A stretch of 60,607 bases of DNA, counting the filler. It is 6 parts of 6 records of this genome, joined end to end, with 100 filler letters (N's around TTAATTAATTAA, not from the genome) between each part and the next. Parts side by side here need not be neighbours in the genome. Positions count along the whole stretch, not along the records: positions 23,719 to 38,817 come from DRR723986_669; positions 38,918 to 48,162 come from DRR723986_673; 4 more parts are not named here. One strand, 5' to 3'. The notes beneath the pieces are model-generated. The model worked only from the letters and a program-made list of their open reading frames with translations, had not been told where the DNA came from and ran no database searches. The position numbers and the translations under genes are program-made. Positions within the stretch are counted from its first letter, which is position 1. Every line of letters starts with the position of its first letter. Below are positions 30,021-40,096 of the stretch, piece by piece.

Positions 30021-30860
30021 ATGACGCAACCATCCCCTGACCTGCAAGACTGGATTGGCAAAAGCGAAACCGCCACCGACCTGTTGCGGGCGCAACCTGC
30101 GCGGTTCATGCAAGCCACCTTGGATCGCGCACCCAGCCTGTCAGACGGGGACTCAGTGCCGCCGCTTTGGCACTGGCTCTATTTCCTCGACGCCCGCCCC
30201 ACCAGCGAGCTTGGCCGCGATGCCCATCCGCGAAAGGGAGGGTTCCTGCCTCCGGTCGATCTGCCCCGGCGCATGTGGGCCGGCGGGCGGCTCCGGTTTC
30301 ACGCGCCGTTGGTTCTTGGTCAAGAGGCCGGCAAGTGCTCCACGATCCGATCCGTTGTCGAAAAGCAGGGCCGCAGCGGCAGGCTGTGTTTCGTGACCGT
30401 CGAACACGAGCTGTCCCAGAACGGGCAACTGGCCGTGACCGAGGAACATGACATCGTTTATCGCGACGATCCCGCGCCGGGCGATCCCGTGCCGGAGCCT
30501 GCCAAGGCCCCCGCCGAGGCGGAGATTTCTGAAAAGATCACCCCGTCCGAGGTCATGCTGTTCCGCTATTCGGCCCTGACCTTCAACGGTCATCGCATTC
30601 ACTATGATGCGGATTATGCCCGCAAGGTGGAAGGCTATGACGGGCTGGTCTTTCATGGCCCCCTGACAGCAACGCTTCTGGTAGACCTCGCCTGCCGTCT
30701 TCATCGACAGGTGCCCAAGACCTTTGCGTTCCGGGGAACTGCTCCGCTGGCCGGAATGGCACCTTTCCAGATCGAGGCGGCAAGCACCGACAGGGGACTC
30801 GCCCTTTGGGCCAAACGGCATGACGGGGCACTGGCCATGACCGCAACGGCAGAGTTCTGA
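30021..30860 (+). CDS. Double hot-dog acyl-CoA hydratase (itaconyl/mesaconyl-CoA hydratase-like)
   Basis: PPLWHWLYF, RRMWAGG, LFRYSALTFNGHRIHYD and HGPL. Confidence 0.88.
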   Translation: MTQPSPDLQDWIGKSETATDLLRAQPARFMQATLDRAPSLSDGDSVPPLWHWLYFLDARPTSELGRDAHPRKGGFLPPVDLPRRMWAGGRLRFHAPLVLGQEAGKCSTIRSVVEKQGRSGRLCFVTVEHELSQNGQLAVTEEHDIVYRDDPAPGDPVPEPAKAPAEAEISEKITPSEVMLFRYSALTFNGHRIHYDADYARKVEGYDGLVFHGPLTATLLVDLACRLHRQVPKTFAFRGTAPLAGMAPFQIEAASTDRGLALWAKRHDGALAMTATAEF

Positions 30861-31095
30861 ACAAAGGGCGGCCGTGACGGGGAAGGCCTGATCCGCTGGC
30901 GTCCGTCAGACCCGCCCCGGCGCGTGCCGGAACACCCGCGCAAGCATCGGACGCGGACCCGGTGTCAACCGGCAAGAAGCTTGCTTATAGTGGCCGAAAC
31001 CCGTTCGGCGAGTCGTCGAGAAGTGCCAAACCCGCGGTTGAAACCCGGTGTCAAACGGCATCATTGCGCCGCGATAGTCTGAAGATGCTAGTGAA

Positions 31096-32085
<990 letters not shown>

Positions 32086-32146
32086 GCCTGCTTTCCATTC
32101 CCGTTCGGCTCTGCTTAAGTCGCGCCGAACCGCGAGAGGACATGCC

Positions 32147-32971
32147 ATGGACGATTTCACCCAATACCTGCCGCTTTTGGGATTGATCCTGCTGATCGGG
32201 GGCTTCGCGGGCATCGTGGCGGGGCTGCTCGGGGTGGGTGGTGGCATCATCCTTGTCCCGGCCTTTTTCTTTGCGTTCTCCTCACTTGGCTATGACACGC
32301 CGGAACTGATGCAGATCTGTCTGGCGACGTCCTTGGCGACGATCGTTGTGACCTCGCTGCGATCTGTCATGGCGCATAACCGCAAAGGCGCGGTGGATTG
32401 GGAGATCCTGAAAGGCTGGGGTCCGGGCATTGCCATTGGCGCGGCACTTGGGGTGGCTGCGGCCTCGGGCCTCAGGAACGAGGTACTGATGGGTATTTTC
32501 GGGGTGCTGGGGCTGTGCGTCGGGCTTTACCTGGCTTTTGGCCGCCCCGATTGGCGGCTCGGAGATGAGATGCCGGGCGGGGCGGCACGGGCGGTTGTGT
32601 CCCCGGCGCTTGGCTTTCTGTCGGTGTTGATGGGCATAGGTGGCGGCAGTTTCGGCGTGCCGCTGATGACACTCTATGGTCTGCCCATCCACCGGGCTGT
32701 GGCCACGGCGGCGGGGTTCGGCGTAATCATCGCGGTGCCCTCGGTTCTGGGCTTTCTCTTTATCGGCGGCGCCACCGAGGGGCGCCCACCCTATACCGTC
32801 GGTCAGGTCAACCTGATTGCCTTCGTGGTGATCGTTGCGATGACGATGATCACAACACCCTGGGGCGTAAAGCTGGCCCATGCGATGGACCCCAAGCCGC
32901 TGAAGCGGTTCTTTGCGGTGTTCATCATGATCATGGCGGTGAACATGCTGCGAAAGGCGCTCGGATATTGA
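32147..32971 (+). CDS. Sulfite exporter TauE/SafE family protein
   Basis: GLLGVGGGIILVP, ATSL, GIGGGSFGVP and multiple TM helices. Confidence 0.9.
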   Translation: MDDFTQYLPLLGLILLIGGFAGIVAGLLGVGGGIILVPAFFFAFSSLGYDTPELMQICLATSLATIVVTSLRSVMAHNRKGAVDWEILKGWGPGIAIGAALGVAAASGLRNEVLMGIFGVLGLCVGLYLAFGRPDWRLGDEMPGGAARAVVSPALGFLSVLMGIGGGSFGVPLMTLYGLPIHRAVATAAGFGVIIAVPSVLGFLFIGGATEGRPPYTVGQVNLIAFVVIVAMTMITTPWGVKLAHAMDPKPLKRFFAVFIMIMAVNMLRKALGY

Positions 32972-33750
32972 GCTGGCTCGCCACCGGATATCAGGTCTTC
33001 GGGCCCGACCCGGAGGTGATGAATTGGCTGGCCAGCGCCGGGCCTGCGGCCTTGGCCACGGCACGTGATCCGGCGCTGCAAAAGGCGTGGCTGCGCCATG
33101 GCGGCACCTGGTTTGCCGGGGTCAACGTCCTGGACAATGACAGCGCAGGCCGGGTGGCCGGGGGAACGGCCTTGGGCGGCGCGGCGCTTGATGCGGCGCA
33201 GGCGGTGACGGGCGTGTTGCCGCTCGATCCCGGTCAGGTCTCGGTCACCTATCCCGGCTATCCCCGTCAGGACGAATGCGAAAGCGATGCCAACCACCGC
33301 TACCGCACGTCGCGCGACGCGGCGCATCTGGACGGGCTGCTGCCGGTCGGCCCGGACCGGCGGCGGATGATCAGGGAACCGCATGGCTGGATCCTCGGCC
33401 TGCCGGTGACGACGTGCGGGGCAGGGGCCGCGCCGCTGGTGGTGTGGGAGGGCAGCCACAAGATCATGCGCGCCCGGCTTGGTGCGGTGCTGGAACGCCA
33501 CGCCGAGTCGGACTGGCCCGAAGTGGATCTGACCGACGCCTATCACGCCGCGCGGCGTGAGGTGTTCGAGACCTGCAAGCGCATCGAGTTGCCCGCCCGA
33601 CGGGGAGAGGCGACGCTGCTGCACCGGCTGGTCCTGCACGGGGTCGCGCCCTGGGATGACTCGGCAGAGGCCCACTCCGATGGCCGCGCCATTGTCTATT
33701 TCCGCCCGCATCTGCCCGGTGGCATCGGCGATTGGCTGCGCCTGCCGTAA
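32968..33750 (+). CDS. Hypothetical protein, possible 2OG-Fe(II)/phytanoyl-CoA dioxygenase fold
   Basis: AHLDG (HxD), WEGSH, distal LHG and R..VYFR. TTG start overlapping the upstream stop. Confidence 0.65.
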   Translation: MSWLATGYQVFGPDPEVMNWLASAGPAALATARDPALQKAWLRHGGTWFAGVNVLDNDSAGRVAGGTALGGAALDAAQAVTGVLPLDPGQVSVTYPGYPRQDECESDANHRYRTSRDAAHLDGLLPVGPDRRRMIREPHGWILGLPVTTCGAGAAPLVVWEGSHKIMRARLGAVLERHAESDWPEVDLTDAYHAARREVFETCKRIELPARRGEATLLHRLVLHGVAPWDDSAEAHSDGRAIVYFRPHLPGGIGDWLRLP

Positions 33751-33755
33751 CCCAT

Positions 33756-33818
33756 GGGGGCGGGGGGCGGGGGGCGCGCCGTCGACGGCGCGCATAGGCT
33801 TTGCGTCGACGCAAAGCC
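33756..33818. repeat. G-tract plus two perfect GTCGAC-centred palindromes
   Basis: G5-C-G6-C-G6, then GCGCGCCGTCGACGGCGCGC (33774-93) and GGCTTTGCGTCGACGCAAAGCC (33797-818). Confidence 0.8.
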
Positions 33819-33826
33819 CACCCACC

Positions 33827-35134
33827 TCACCGTTCCGGGATCAGGCCCCTTGGGTTGAACCGCAGCATCAGCAGCAGGAACAGACCCATCGTCAGCAGGC
33901 GCATATGCGCGGCCGAATCGATCAGGTGCTGACGCAGCCCGTTATCCTCGGCCATGCCCGCCGTGATCGTCTGCATCAGCCACAGGCCAATCGGTTCCAC
34001 CATGATCCAAAGCCACCAGATCAGGAAGCCGCCCAGAACCGCGCCCCAATTGTTCCCCGATCCGCCGACGATCACCATAACCCAGATCAGGAAGGTGAAA
34101 CGCAGTGGGTTATAGGTGCCGGGCACCAGCTGGCCATCGAGCGTGGTCATCATCGCGCCCGCGATGCCGCAGACGGCCGATCCGATGATGAAGATCTGCA
34201 AATGCCGCCTGGTCACGTCCTTGCCCATGGCCTCCGACGATACCTCGTTGTCGCGGATCGCGCGCATCATCCGGCCCCAGGGCGATTTCAGCGCCATTTC
34301 GGACATCCAGATCAGCAGCAGCAGCACGGCCGCAAAGAGCCCCGCATAGCTCAGCTTGACCACCACGGACGAGGCGGTCACCGGATCCGCCCCGAACCGG
34401 TCTGCCAGCGACAGGAACCAGTCCGCCGCCTGCAATTCGACCTCGTAGGGCACCGGACGGGGCAGGCCGGTCACGTTTTTGACGCCACGCCCAAGCCAGT
34501 CCTCGTTCTTCAGGACCGCCAGAATGATCTCGGCAATGCCAAGCGTCGCGATCGCCAGATAGTCCGAGCGCAGCCCAAGCGCGGTCTTGCCGACGATCCA
34601 CGCCGCGCCCGCCGCAAACAGCCCACCCACGGGCCATGCCAGGATCACCGGCAGGCCAAGCCCGCCCAGATAGCCGGTCAGCGCCGGATCGACCGCCTCG
34701 ATCGCATCGCGGGCAGGATCAAAGATCGCCCGGTAGATCATGAACCCCGCGACCAGCACCGCCAGCATGATCACCAGACGCAGCAATCCGCGCGGCATCT
34801 TCTTGTAGATCATGACCGCCGCAAAGATCGACGCGGCCCCGGCGGCCAGGGCCAGCAGGATGCGCGGACCACCGGCGGCCCATGCCTCGGGCACCGGCGG
34901 CATTGCAACCAGAACGGCGGCCAGCCCGCCAAGCGCGGTAAAGCCAAGGATACCGACATTGAACAGCCCCGCGTATCCCCATTGCATGTTCACCCCAAGC
35001 GCCATGATGGCCGAGATCAGCCCCATGTTGAGGATCGTCAGCGTGGTGTTCCACGACTGCATGAAGCCGGTGACGATGAACAGCAGCGCCACCAGACCGA
35101 ACAGCAGCAGGTTCTTGGTGTTGATCTGCGTCAT
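33827..35134 (-). CDS. livM: Branched-chain amino acid ABC permease (LivM-type)
   Basis: LGVNMQWGYAGLFNVG, LRSDYLAIATLG, SPWGRMMRAIRDNE and IVGGSGN. Confidence 0.9.
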   Translation of the reverse strand: MTQINTKNLLLFGLVALLFIVTGFMQSWNTTLTILNMGLISAIMALGVNMQWGYAGLFNVGILGFTALGGLAAVLVAMPPVPEAWAAGGPRILLALAAGAASIFAAVMIYKKMPRGLLRLVIMLAVLVAGFMIYRAIFDPARDAIEAVDPALTGYLGGLGLPVILAWPVGGLFAAGAAWIVGKTALGLRSDYLAIATLGIAEIILAVLKNEDWLGRGVKNVTGLPRPVPYEVELQAADWFLSLADRFGADPVTASSVVVKLSYAGLFAAVLLLLIWMSEMALKSPWGRMMRAIRDNEVSSEAMGKDVTRRHLQIFIIGSAVCGIAGAMMTTLDGQLVPGTYNPLRFTFLIWVMVIVGGSGNNWGAVLGGFLIWWLWIMVEPIGLWLMQTITAGMAEDNGLRQHLIDSAAHMRLLTMGLFLLLMLRFNPRGLIPER

Positions 35135-36141
35135 ACCGATTTCCCCTTGAAGAGGCCCGTGGGCTTGAACAGAAGCACAATCAGCAGGATCGCGAAGCTG
35201 ACGGCGAATTTATAGTCGGTGGACAGAAGTTGCAGCAGCCCCTCGGGTTCCCACGCCTCCGGCAGCAGGTGGTTCACCACCCGGCGGAACGCATAGGTGA
35301 CGGTGATCTCAGAGAACGCAATCAGGAACCCGCCCGCGATGGCGCCCAGAGGATTGCCAAGACCGCCGACAATGGCCGAGGCGAAGATCGGCAGCAGCAG
35401 CTGGAAATAGGTGAAGGGCTTGAAGCTCTTGTCGAGCCCATAGAGCACCCCTGCCGTGGTCGCCAGCGCCGCCACGATGATCCAGGTGACCAGCACCACC
35501 TTTTCGGGGTTGATCCCCGACAGAAGCGCCAGATCCTCGTTGTCGGAAAAGGCGCGCATGGATTTGCCGGTGCGGGTCCGGTTCAGGAACCAGAACAGCA
35601 GCACCACGCAGATCAGCGCCACCACCACGGTGATCCCCTGGCTGGTGCGGATGGCAAGCCCTTCCTCCAGCCCGGTCATCTCGCGGAAGGTGCGGGCCGA
35701 GATGATGAACCGCTCGCCATCGGCAAAGCGTTGGTCATCCACCCCGATGATGAAGCGCACCAGCCCGTTCATGATGAACATGACGCCAAGCGAGGCGATC
35801 ACATAGATCACCGGCTTGGCCTTTTGCTGGCGGTAGAACTTGTAGACGACCTTGTCGGTCCCGATCAGCAGCAGCGCCGTGGCCGCGATGCCAATGGGCA
35901 GCGCCAGCAGCGCCGTTGGCAACGGCCCAAGCGAAATGCCCGCCGCCTGCAAGGCCCATGTCACAAGGATCGTCACCATGGCCCCGAAGGCCATCGTGTC
36001 GCCATGGGCGAAGTTCGAGAACCTCAGGATCCCGTAGATTAGCGTCACGCCAAGCGCGCCAAGCGCCAGCTGCGCGCCATAGGCGGTCGCTGGAACGATG
36101 ACGAAATTGGCAAGCACGACAATGGCGTTCAGGACATCCAA
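35131..36141 (-). CDS. livH: Branched-chain amino acid ABC permease (LivH-type)
   Basis: GVTLIYGILRFSNFAHGD, TRTGKSMRA and IVGGLG. TTG start 7 nt after AAGGAG. Confidence 0.9.
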   Translation of the reverse strand: MDVLNAIVVLANFVIVPATAYGAQLALGALGVTLIYGILRFSNFAHGDTMAFGAMVTILVTWALQAAGISLGPLPTALLALPIGIAATALLLIGTDKVVYKFYRQQKAKPVIYVIASLGVMFIMNGLVRFIIGVDDQRFADGERFIISARTFREMTGLEEGLAIRTSQGITVVVALICVVLLFWFLNRTRTGKSMRAFSDNEDLALLSGINPEKVVLVTWIIVAALATTAGVLYGLDKSFKPFTYFQLLLPIFASAIVGGLGNPLGAIAGGFLIAFSEITVTYAFRRVVNHLLPEAWEPEGLLQLLSTDYKFAVSFAILLIVLLFKPTGLFKGKSV

Positions 36142-36204
36142 CTCATGTCTCCTTGACGGGGCCGGATCGGCGGGAAAGGGCGCGGTGTGTCGGGGCGGTT
36201 TGCA

Positions 36205-36588
36205 TCAGCTGATGCCCTCGCAAAACCCGTAACCGGTCGTCACATCGGTTGCGGAACTGACGTTGTGATTGCTGTAGACGGCGCGCCCGTTCGGATACAG
36301 CGTCATCATGATCGTGCTGAAAGCCGGATCATGCAGCACGAAGACCTGCACCTCGTCCCCGGGATCGGACAAGGCCCGGGCTTCGGCGCCACCCGATTCC
36401 GCGGTCAGGAAAATCCAGGCATCGCTGTTTTCGGAGCGGGCGATCTCGATCTCGGCATCGGACGGGTCGCAGCCCCCGGCGACGCAGGCCACGTCGAACC
36501 GGCATTGAAACCCGTCCTCTGCCCAGGCCGGGGCCGCCAACAGGCCCAGAACAATCATCGGGGCGACGATTAGGGCGGTTCGCCTCAT
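36205..36588 (-). CDS. Secreted four-cysteine protein, paralog 4
   Basis: Signal peptide ending APAWA, then CRFDVACVAGGC, TLYPNGRAVYS and GFCE. ATGA overlap with paralog 3. Confidence 0.8.
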   Translation of the reverse strand: MRRTALIVAPMIVLGLLAAPAWAEDGFQCRFDVACVAGGCDPSDAEIEIARSENSDAWIFLTAESGGAEARALSDPGDEVQVFVLHDPAFSTIMMTLYPNGRAVYSNHNVSSATDVTTGYGFCEGIS

Positions 36589-37025
36589 TCGCCGGCCTCC
36601 GAGCCCATGTCTTCGCCTGCCACGTCTTCGCACAGGCCGAAACCGGTCACGGACCGGGGCCGCGCCTGCGGCTGATGCAGGGTCACGACAACCTGACCGC
36701 TGTCGGCGATGCTGACCATCTGCACGGCCTGCGTGTCGTGATTGGCGAAAATCAGGCTGCGCAGGCGGGTGGGTTCAATCGACCCCTCGGGCGCAAGAAT
36801 ATCGGCGGCCAGCACGTAGTCCGAAGGCAGATCCTCCTCCCAAAGAACCCGCCAACTGCCATCCTCCTGCTCGGTGATGTTGATCTCCTGACCCCAGTCC
36901 TGACAGGGGTTCGATTCGATGCAGATCACAGCCATGTTGCAGACCCGCTCAACGGGAAGGTGCTGCGCCGCGACCGGCAGCGGGATCAGAAAGGGCAGGG
37001 CGGTCAGAACCGGACGGATGGACAT
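36585..37025 (-). CDS. Secreted four-cysteine protein, paralog 3
   Basis: Signal peptide ending PVAA, then CNMAVICIESNPC, SIADSGQVVVT and GLCE. TGATG overlap with paralog 2. Confidence 0.8.
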   Translation of the reverse strand: MSIRPVLTALPFLIPLPVAAQHLPVERVCNMAVICIESNPCQDWGQEINITEQEDGSWRVLWEEDLPSDYVLAADILAPEGSIEPTRLRSLIFANHDTQAVQMVSIADSGQVVVTLHQPQARPRSVTGFGLCEDVAGEDMGSEAGE

Positions 37026-37417
37026 CAAAGAGCCTCGCATTGGCCGAAGGCGGTGCGCTGAACGGGCCCGCGCCCCGGCTGGTAGAACTGGCGGTTGTGA
37101 ATGGCCTCGCCGGTGTCGAACATCGTCACCGCTTCGCGGTCGGCATGGCCAAGGGTGATATAGCTGCGGGTCATCGCATCTGTGGGCGTCACGTCGCGCA
37201 CCGGCGCGCTGATCCCGTCATAGGTGAACCACAGGCCCGCCTCGTGGTCGATCGGGGCAATCTCGATGGTGAAGGTGTCGGGCAGGCAGTCATCGTCCTG
37301 CCCGGCACAATCGGTCGTGAAGAGGCACAGAAGCGGCACGGTATCCGCCATGGCAGGAAGACCCGCCATGGCCAGCGTTGCCGCTGTCGCCCCGATGATG
37401 CCCCCGGCCCGTGTCAC
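37025..37417 (-). CDS. Secreted four-cysteine protein, paralog 2
   Basis: Signal peptide ending PAMA, then CLFTTDCAGQDDDC, TMFDTGEAIHN and GQCE. GTGA overlap with paralog 1. Confidence 0.8.
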   Translation of the reverse strand: MTRAGGIIGATAATLAMAGLPAMADTVPLLCLFTTDCAGQDDDCLPDTFTIEIAPIDHEAGLWFTYDGISAPVRDVTPTDAMTRSYITLGHADREAVTMFDTGEAIHNRQFYQPGRGPVQRTAFGQCEAL

Positions 37418-37815
37418 TTGCTGCCGCCACCCGCGCCGCCGGTGGTTTCCGTGCAGGTGCCGTTCAGCCGATAGTGGATCAGGTTGTCGCCAAGCGCCAT
37501 GTTGCCGGTGTAGATGATCCGGCCCGCATCGGTGATGGTGCCCAGTTCCACGCCTGCCGTATTCGAGAAGAAGAAGTGCATCGCGCCGTCGCTTTCAAAC
37601 ACTTCTCCATCGAAGAAGTTGCCCTCGCGCTGCTCCATCTCTCCGATGCCGGTGGTGGCGTTCAGAGTGAAGTTGTAGGGGATGTCCTCGGCAACGCAGC
37701 CGCCGCCATTTTGCCGGCAGGCCTCGTTCATCGTGCATTCATAGGTGCGGTCCTGCGCCATGGCCGGGGCCGCCATCAGGGTGGCCAGAGCGGCCGTTGT
37801 CAGAATGTGTTTCAT
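37414..37815 (-). CDS. Secreted four-cysteine protein, paralog 1
   Basis: Signal peptide ending PAMA, then CTMNEACRQNGGGC, TITDAGRIIYT and GTCTE. Strong AGGAGGT RBS formed by the last livF codons. Confidence 0.82.
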   Translation of the reverse strand: MKHILTTAALATLMAAPAMAQDRTYECTMNEACRQNGGGCVAEDIPYNFTLNATTGIGEMEQREGNFFDGEVFESDGAMHFFFSNTAGVELGTITDAGRIIYTGNMALGDNLIHYRLNGTCTETTGGAGGGSK

Positions 37816-37817
37816 AA

Positions 37818-38648
37818 TTAACCTCCTAGGAAAGACTTGCGAACTTCCGGGTCGGCCAACAATGCCTTGCCGGTATCTGTATAGGCGTTGCGCCCCTGTA
37901 CGAGCACATAGCCTTTATCTGCAATTTCAAGCGCTTGTCGGGCGTTTTGTTCCACCATCAAGATGGAAATCCCGGTGCGCGCGACCTCGATAATACGATC
38001 AAAAAGTTCATCCATGACGATGGGGGAAACGCCCGCCGTCGGTTCATCCAGCATCAACAGCTTGGGCTTGGTCATCAGCGCCCGGCCCACGGCCACCTGC
38101 TGACGCTGGCCACCCGAAAGCTCGCCCGCCGGTTGCAGGCGCTTTTCCTTGAGGATCGGGAACAGGTCATACACCTGCGCCATGGTGCCCTGAAAATCAT
38201 CGGTGCGGATGAAGGCGCCCATTTCGAGGTTCTCTTCGACCGTCATCGAGGTGAAGATGTTCGAGGTCTGGGGCACGAACCCCATCCCCTTGGCCACGCG
38301 CGCCTGCGGCGTCAGCTTGGTGATATCCTCACCATCCAGCACCACACGGCCCTGCCGCAGGTTCAGCATCCCGAAGACGGCCTTCATGCCGGTCGATTTG
38401 CCCGCGCCGTTGGGGCCGACGATGACCGCGATTTCACCCTTTTCGACGGCGATGGTGCAGTCGTGCAGAATGTCGGCACCCTTGCCATAGCCGCCGGTCA
38501 TGTTTTCGCCGATCAGAAACGGCTGCCCCGCTGCCGGACTGGTCTTCGTCCCCTGACCCTTGGCCGGGGTCAGCGTACCGATCCCGTCGGGGTTGCCAAT
38601 CGAGCGGTCCTTGTTGCCGCGATCGTCCTGATAGGGGTTGCCGGTCAT
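37818..38648 (-). CDS. livF: Branched-chain amino acid ABC ATPase
   Basis: GPNGAGKST, LSGGQRQ, LMLDEPTAG and VEQNA. Confidence 0.93.
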   Translation of the reverse strand: MTGNPYQDDRGNKDRSIGNPDGIGTLTPAKGQGTKTSPAAGQPFLIGENMTGGYGKGADILHDCTIAVEKGEIAVIVGPNGAGKSTGMKAVFGMLNLRQGRVVLDGEDITKLTPQARVAKGMGFVPQTSNIFTSMTVEENLEMGAFIRTDDFQGTMAQVYDLFPILKEKRLQPAGELSGGQRQQVAVGRALMTKPKLLMLDEPTAGVSPIVMDELFDRIIEVARTGISILMVEQNARQALEIADKGYVLVQGRNAYTDTGKALLADPEVRKSFLGG

Positions 38649-38817
38649 GCCTCCACCTTGTCCTTGTTCTTCAGGCCGGTGCCAAGATAGGCCTCGATCA
38701 CCTGTTCATTGGCCTTGATCTCATCCAGCGTGCCTTCCGCCAGCACCTTGCCCTCTGCCATGCAGATGACGGGGTCACAGATCTTGTCGATGAAATCCAT
38801 GTCGTGTTCGATCACGA
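38645..38817 (-). CDS. livG: Branched-chain amino acid ABC ATPase, 3' fragment
   Basis: Manual translation VIEHDMDFIDKICDPVICMAEGKVLAEGT...VIEAYLG. ATGA overlap with livF. Confidence 0.88.
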
Positions 38818-38917
38818 NNNNNNNNNNNNNNNNNNNNNNNNNNNNNNNNNNNNNNNNNNNNTTAATTAATTAANNNNNNNNNNNNNNNNNNNNNNNNNNN
38901 NNNNNNNNNNNNNNNNN
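38818..38917. other. Artificial contig spacer
   Basis: N44-TTAATTAATTAA-N44. Confidence 0.97.
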
Positions 38918-39720
38918 GTGTAGAGGATAAACAGCGGATCTTCGGCGCCCATCTCGGCCGGGGTAAATGTGTCAGAGGCCGATGCCATCAAGGCGTTGCA
39001 ATCATGGTCGCGGTCGGTCCAGGTGGTCTGGCTGCCTGTGCGTTTGACCACCAGACATTTCACACTGTCCTTGCAATGCAAAAGCGCGGTGTCGGTGTTG
39101 GATTTGAGCGGCGTTTCTCGACCACCTCGGGGGGCGTAATCCGCGGTGATGACAACTTTTGCGTCACAACCGTTGATACGCGCCCCCAAAGCGTCCGGGG
39201 AGAACCCTGCAAAAACAATAGAATGAATGGCCCCGATCCGGGCGCAGGCCAACATGGCGTAGGCGGCCTCTGGGATCATGGGAAGATAGATAACAACACG
39301 GTCGCCTTTGGACACACCCAGATCCGTCAGGACATTGGCCATCTTGCAGACCGATGTATGCAGATCCTTGTAGGTGATGTGCAAAGCCGCATCTTTGTTC
39401 GGATCGTCTGGCTCCCAGATGATTGCGGTCTGATCACCACGGGTTTCCAAATGGCGATCGATGCAATTGGCGCTGACGTTCAGCGTGCCGTCCTCAAACC
39501 AGCGGATATCCACGTTGCCCGGTGCGAAGGAGGTGTTTTTGACGGTCTGGAACGGTTTGATCCAATCAATCCGTTTGCCTTCCTGCGCCCAAAAGGCATC
39601 TGGATCGTTCACCGACTGTGCATACATACGCGCATAATCCTGAGCGTTTACATGGGGCGGGCGGGATGTGTCTTGGGTTGCCGACGGGTTGGCCGCGTTC
39701 AGCGGATCTGCGGTTGTCAT
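38918..39720 (-). CDS. acs: Acetyl-CoA synthetase, 5' part
   Basis: [37 protein letters not shown] and [18 protein letters not shown]. Confidence 0.96.
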
Positions 39721-40096
39721 GGTATCCTCCTCGTACTGCGCCGCCTGTCTTGCACTGCAAAACAGACAGCATCTGCCGTGGGAACATACTTAACTTTGTA
39801 AATAATCCGCGATTTCCATTGGCTTTATTGGCACTTTCTGTAAATTTTTTTCGCTTTCGGGAGGCGCGTTGTAAAGATTTTCTCAAATCGCGAGAAACGG
39901 CAGAGTTTACTGACCTATAGTCAACTGCCTCTTAAATTCGGTCAGCGCTAACAGTATACAAACGTATACCGGAACGCAGGCACAAGCCGTCAGATTGCAC
40001 TGCGACAAATCGTCAACAGGCGGTGGAATTGCCGCTGCATGAGGCGAATCGCACTGTTTTTAGACCGTTGAGAAAACTGTGACGTTCGGCATTTCT

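Noticed and set aside
39829-39845. Sigma54 promoter (TGGCAC) upstream of acs
   Set aside because: No TTGC at the -12 position, and it points away from acs.
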